Source: Candidatus Saccharimonadota bacterium
Lineage (GTDB): Bacteria > Pseudomonadota > Gammaproteobacteria > Enterobacterales > Enterobacteriaceae
Length of the DNA stretch: 32,000 nt
Direction of reading: 5' to 3'
Assembly: GCF_000185985.2 (NCBI RefSeq)
Contig: NC_014909.2
Span: forward strand, 450,001 to 482,000
Within the stretch, counting starts at the first letter, position 1, and each line of letters begins with the position of its first letter. Positions 29,388 through 32,000 of this stretch are shown here, one piece after another. A model generated the notes under the pieces. The model was not told the origin of the DNA. It worked only from the letters and a program-made list of their open reading frames with translations, and ran no database searches. The position numbers and the translations under genes are program-made.

Positions 29388-30776
29388 ATGCCAAACACAA
29401 TTCTCAATCAAATTATATCATATAAAAAAAACTGGATCTTAAATCAAAAATATTATTTATCTATTGATAAATTGAAGACTAACATAAAAAATAGTAAACG
29501 TAGTTTCTATAACACCTTATTATTAGCTCATCGTAACAACCACACTATTTTCATATTAGAATACAAAGTAGCTTCACCATCAAAAAATATTATTTGCAAT
29601 AATCCCGATCTTGTTAAAATTATTCATATTTACAAAAAATATGCTTCAATTATTTCCGTAGTAACTGATGAAAAATATTTTCATGGAAATTTTGATAATT
29701 TAGTCCAAATAAGTAATATGACAACACAACCTATATTATGCAAAGATTTCTTTATTTCAGAATGGCAAATTTATTTTGCTCGATTACATCAAGCAGATGC
29801 AATTTTATTAATGTTATCTGTTATAGATGATAATACTTATCGTAAACTTTCGTATATTGCACATTCATTAAATATGGGCATTCTTACAGAAATAACTAAT
29901 AGCAATGAATTACAAAGAGCTATAAAATTAAATGCAAAAATTATTGGAATAAATAACCGAAACTTAAATGACTTATCTATTGATTTAAATCGTACTATTA
30001 ATTTAAGCCCCAATATCCCTGATTCAATTATCAAAATTAGTGAATCTGGGATCACTAATCACTATCACATAAAGAAACTAAAACGTTACGTTCATGGATT
30101 TTTAATCGGAACAACTTTAATGTCATCTTCAAATTATTTAGATACAGCAATTAAAAAATTAGTATTAGGAGAAAATAAAATATGTGGACTTACTCGAATT
30201 GAAGATGCAGAAGTTTCTTATGAATCAGGAGCTATATATGGAGGACTTATTTTTGTTAACTATTCCCCGCGTTTTATAAATATAAAAAATGCTCAAAAGA
30301 TCATATCTGCAATACCAAATTTAAATTATGTTGGGGTTTTTCAAAACGATCTTATTCTAAATATTGTAAATATAGTAAGGATATTAAATTTATCCGCTAT
30401 TCAATTGCACGGAACAGAAAATCAAAATTATATTGATAAATTACGCACTCAATTACCACATACCTGTCAAATATGGAAAAGTATTAATATGAATAATCAG
30501 ACACCATATACATCTAACTTATTACATATTGATCGATATTTATTAGATAACAAACAAGGAGGAAGTGGAAAAACCTTTAATTGGGGAAAATTATCATTTA
30601 CAAACATACCATTAAACAAATCAATTTTAGCAGGAGGTTTAACAATAAATAACTGCTCCAAAGCAGCAAAAATAGATTGCGTGGGTTTAGATTTTAATTC
30701 AGGAATAGAAATTCAACCTGGCATTAAAAATCATCAATCAATTTTAAAAATATTTCAAATATTACGTATATATTAA
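29388..30776 (+). CDS. trpC: Bifunctional indole-3-glycerol-phosphate synthase / phosphoribosylanthranilate isomerase TrpC(F)
   Basis: 462 aa. ILE.K.ASPSK, SV.TDEKYF.G, GINNRNL.DLSIDL, then the PRAI half ENKICGLTR...QLHG...GGSG. Colinear with the fused E. coli TrpC. Confidence 0.93.
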   Translation: MPNTILNQIISYKKNWILNQKYYLSIDKLKTNIKNSKRSFYNTLLLAHRNNHTIFILEYKVASPSKNIICNNPDLVKIIHIYKKYASIISVVTDEKYFHGNFDNLVQISNMTTQPILCKDFFISEWQIYFARLHQADAILLMLSVIDDNTYRKLSYIAHSLNMGILTEITNSNELQRAIKLNAKIIGINNRNLNDLSIDLNRTINLSPNIPDSIIKISESGITNHYHIKKLKRYVHGFLIGTTLMSSSNYLDTAIKKLVLGENKICGLTRIEDAEVSYESGAIYGGLIFVNYSPRFINIKNAQKIISAIPNLNYVGVFQNDLILNIVNIVRILNLSAIQLHGTENQNYIDKLRTQLPHTCQIWKSINMNNQTPYTSNLLHIDRYLLDNKQGGSGKTFNWGKLSFTNIPLNKSILAGGLTINNCSKAAKIDCVGLDFNSGIEIQPGIKNHQSILKIFQILRIY

Positions 30777-30809
30777 ATCAATTTTATAAAATAGGTATTA
30801 AATATTAAT

Positions 30810-32000
30810 ATGATGCAAAAAAAATTAACTTCCTACTTCGGAGAATTTGGGGGTATGTATGTCCCTCAAATACTAATACCAACACTAATAGAATTAGAAA
30901 AAGAATTTATATCCTCCCAAAATGATCCAGTTTTTCAGAAAGAACTCAAAGCATTATTAAAAAATTACGCGGGCCGACCTACTCCTCTAACTTTATGTAG
31001 AAATTTGACTCATGGAACACATAGTAAGCTATATTTAAAACGTGAAGATTTAGTTCATGGAGGATCTCATAAAACAAATCAAGTATTAGGACAAGCATTA
31101 TTAGCGAAACGCATGCATAAAACAGATATTATAGCTGAAACTGGAGCAGGTCAACATGGGGTTGCTGTTTCCATTGTTGCAGCTCTTTTAAAATTAAAAT
31201 GCCGAATTTACATGGGTCAAAAAGACATAAATCGACAAAAATCTAATGTGTTACGCATGAAACTTATGGGAAGCCAAGTTATTCCTGTATATCATGGTTC
31301 TGCTACATTAAAAGATGCATGCAATGAAGCAATGCGAGAATGGTCAAAAACTTATCAATATACTCATTATATGTTAGGAACGATTGCAGGCCCTCATCCA
31401 TTCCCTACAATTGTAAAAGAATTTCAACGCATCATTGGTATAGAAACATTCGAACAAATACAAAATTTTGAAAAAAGACTACCAGATTCTATTATTGCTT
31501 GTATAGGTGGAGGGTCCAATGCTATTGGAATATTTTCCAGTTTTCTTGACATTCCATCCGTTCAACTATTAGGAGTAGAAGCAGGGGGGTTAGGGTTAAA
31601 TACAGAATATCATGGAGCAGCTTTACAATGCGGAGATACAGGAATTTATTTTGGAATGAAAGCTCCTATTTTGCAAACCGAAGAAGGTCAAATAAAAAAC
31701 TCCTATTCTATTGCAGCAGGATTAGATTTTCCTTCCGTTGGACCAGAGCACGCTTATTTAAAAAAAATTAACAGAGTAAAGTATGTATCTGTATCAGATC
31801 AAGATGCAATATATGCATTCCAACAATTGTCTATTCATGAAGGCATAATTCCAGCTTTAGAATCAGCTCATGCACTAGCATATGCTTTAAAAATAATTAA
31901 CCAGAACCCAAATAAAAAACAAATTTTAATAGTGAATTTATCTGGTCGGGGAGACAAAGACATTATAACAGTTAACAATCAAATACATAACAAAGAGAAA
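30810..32000 (+). CDS. trpB: Tryptophan synthase beta chain (3' end just beyond the window; no stop seen)
   Basis: Not in the ORF track because it runs off the window. My translation from the ATG at 30810 gives [22 protein letters not shown]...[29 protein letters not shown]...[10 protein letters not shown]...[10 protein letters not shown]. It has the PLP-lysine motif HGGSHKTN. The 397 codons in the window match the full length of E. coli TrpB, so only a few codons are missing. Confidence 0.93.
   Translation, partial: MMQKKLTSYFGEFGGMYVPQILIPTLIELEKEFISSQNDPVFQKELKALLKNYAGRPTPLTLCRNLTHGTHSKLYLKREDLVHGGSHKTNQVLGQALLAKRMHKTDIIAETGAGQHGVAVSIVAALLKLKCRIYMGQKDINRQKSNVLRMKLMGSQVIPVYHGSATLKDACNEAMREWSKTYQYTHYMLGTIAGPHPFPTIVKEFQRIIGIETFEQIQNFEKRLPDSIIACIGGGSNAIGIFSSFLDIPSVQLLGVEAGGLGLNTEYHGAALQCGDTGIYFGMKAPILQTEEGQIKNSYSIAAGLDFPSVGPEHAYLKKINRVKYVSVSDQDAIYAFQQLSIHEGIIPALESAHALAYALKIINQNPNKKQILIVNLSGRGDKDIITVNNQIHNKEK

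Noticed and set aside
28901-29407. Three overlapping minus-strand ORFs (67, 65, 86 aa) inside trpD
   Set aside because: All are antisense to trpD in different frames, and no motifs were found. A stack of shadow ORFs is expected opposite a long AT-rich CDS.
29837-30055. 72-aa minus-strand ORF inside trpC
   Set aside because: It is an antisense shadow.
1-32000. Search for a novel defence, toxin-antitoxin, CRISPR, secretion or mobile system
   Set aside because: Every ORF >=60 aa that does not overlap a conserved gene in antisense is accounted for by a housekeeping orthologue. The spacers contain no ORFs or repeat arrays. No direct-repeat/spacer periodicity was seen, so I claim no such system.

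Overview
The window is a very AT-rich, gene-dense chromosome segment. The proteins are clearly enterobacterial-type housekeeping proteins, with long drifted AT-rich spacers between some genes. This fits a reduced-genome insect endosymbiont of the Enterobacterales; composition and gene content resemble Blochmannia-like symbionts, but that is inference only. I support 29 CDS and 4 tRNAs. On the minus strand: lolC (partial), lpoB-like, hinT, ycfH, holB, tmk, pabC, acpP, fabG, fabD, fabH, plsX, rpmF. After a 1.8 kb ORF-free spacer come rne (+) and an ldtB-like L,D-transpeptidase (+). Next are pgsA with tRNA-Cys and tRNA-Leu (-), tRNA-Lys (+) and tRNA-Ser (-). These are followed by tusE, hspQ, fabA, asnS, aspC (+), then gloC/ycbL and fabI (-), then ribA and trpE-trpG-trpD-trpC(F)-trpB (+, trpB runs off the window end). 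I saw no transposases, integrases, phage genes, CRISPR arrays, toxin/defence modules or orphan multi-gene clusters, so I cannot support a novel multi-gene system here. Five things stand out. (1) tRNA-Ser is embedded in a 35-nt perfect inverted repeat. (2) A tRNA-Lys has an enterobacterial Lys(UUU)-type body but a CUU anticodon. (3) RNase E has its scaffold half replaced by a stop-free Lys/Asn-rich tail. (4) A 28-bp perfect hairpin lies between convergent genes. (5) Signs of genome erosion are present: ORF-free spacers where enteric genes would sit, loss of fabF/mltG/glyW from otherwise collinear clusters, no encoded CCA ends, long in-frame poly(A) tracts, and C>G skew in spacers.
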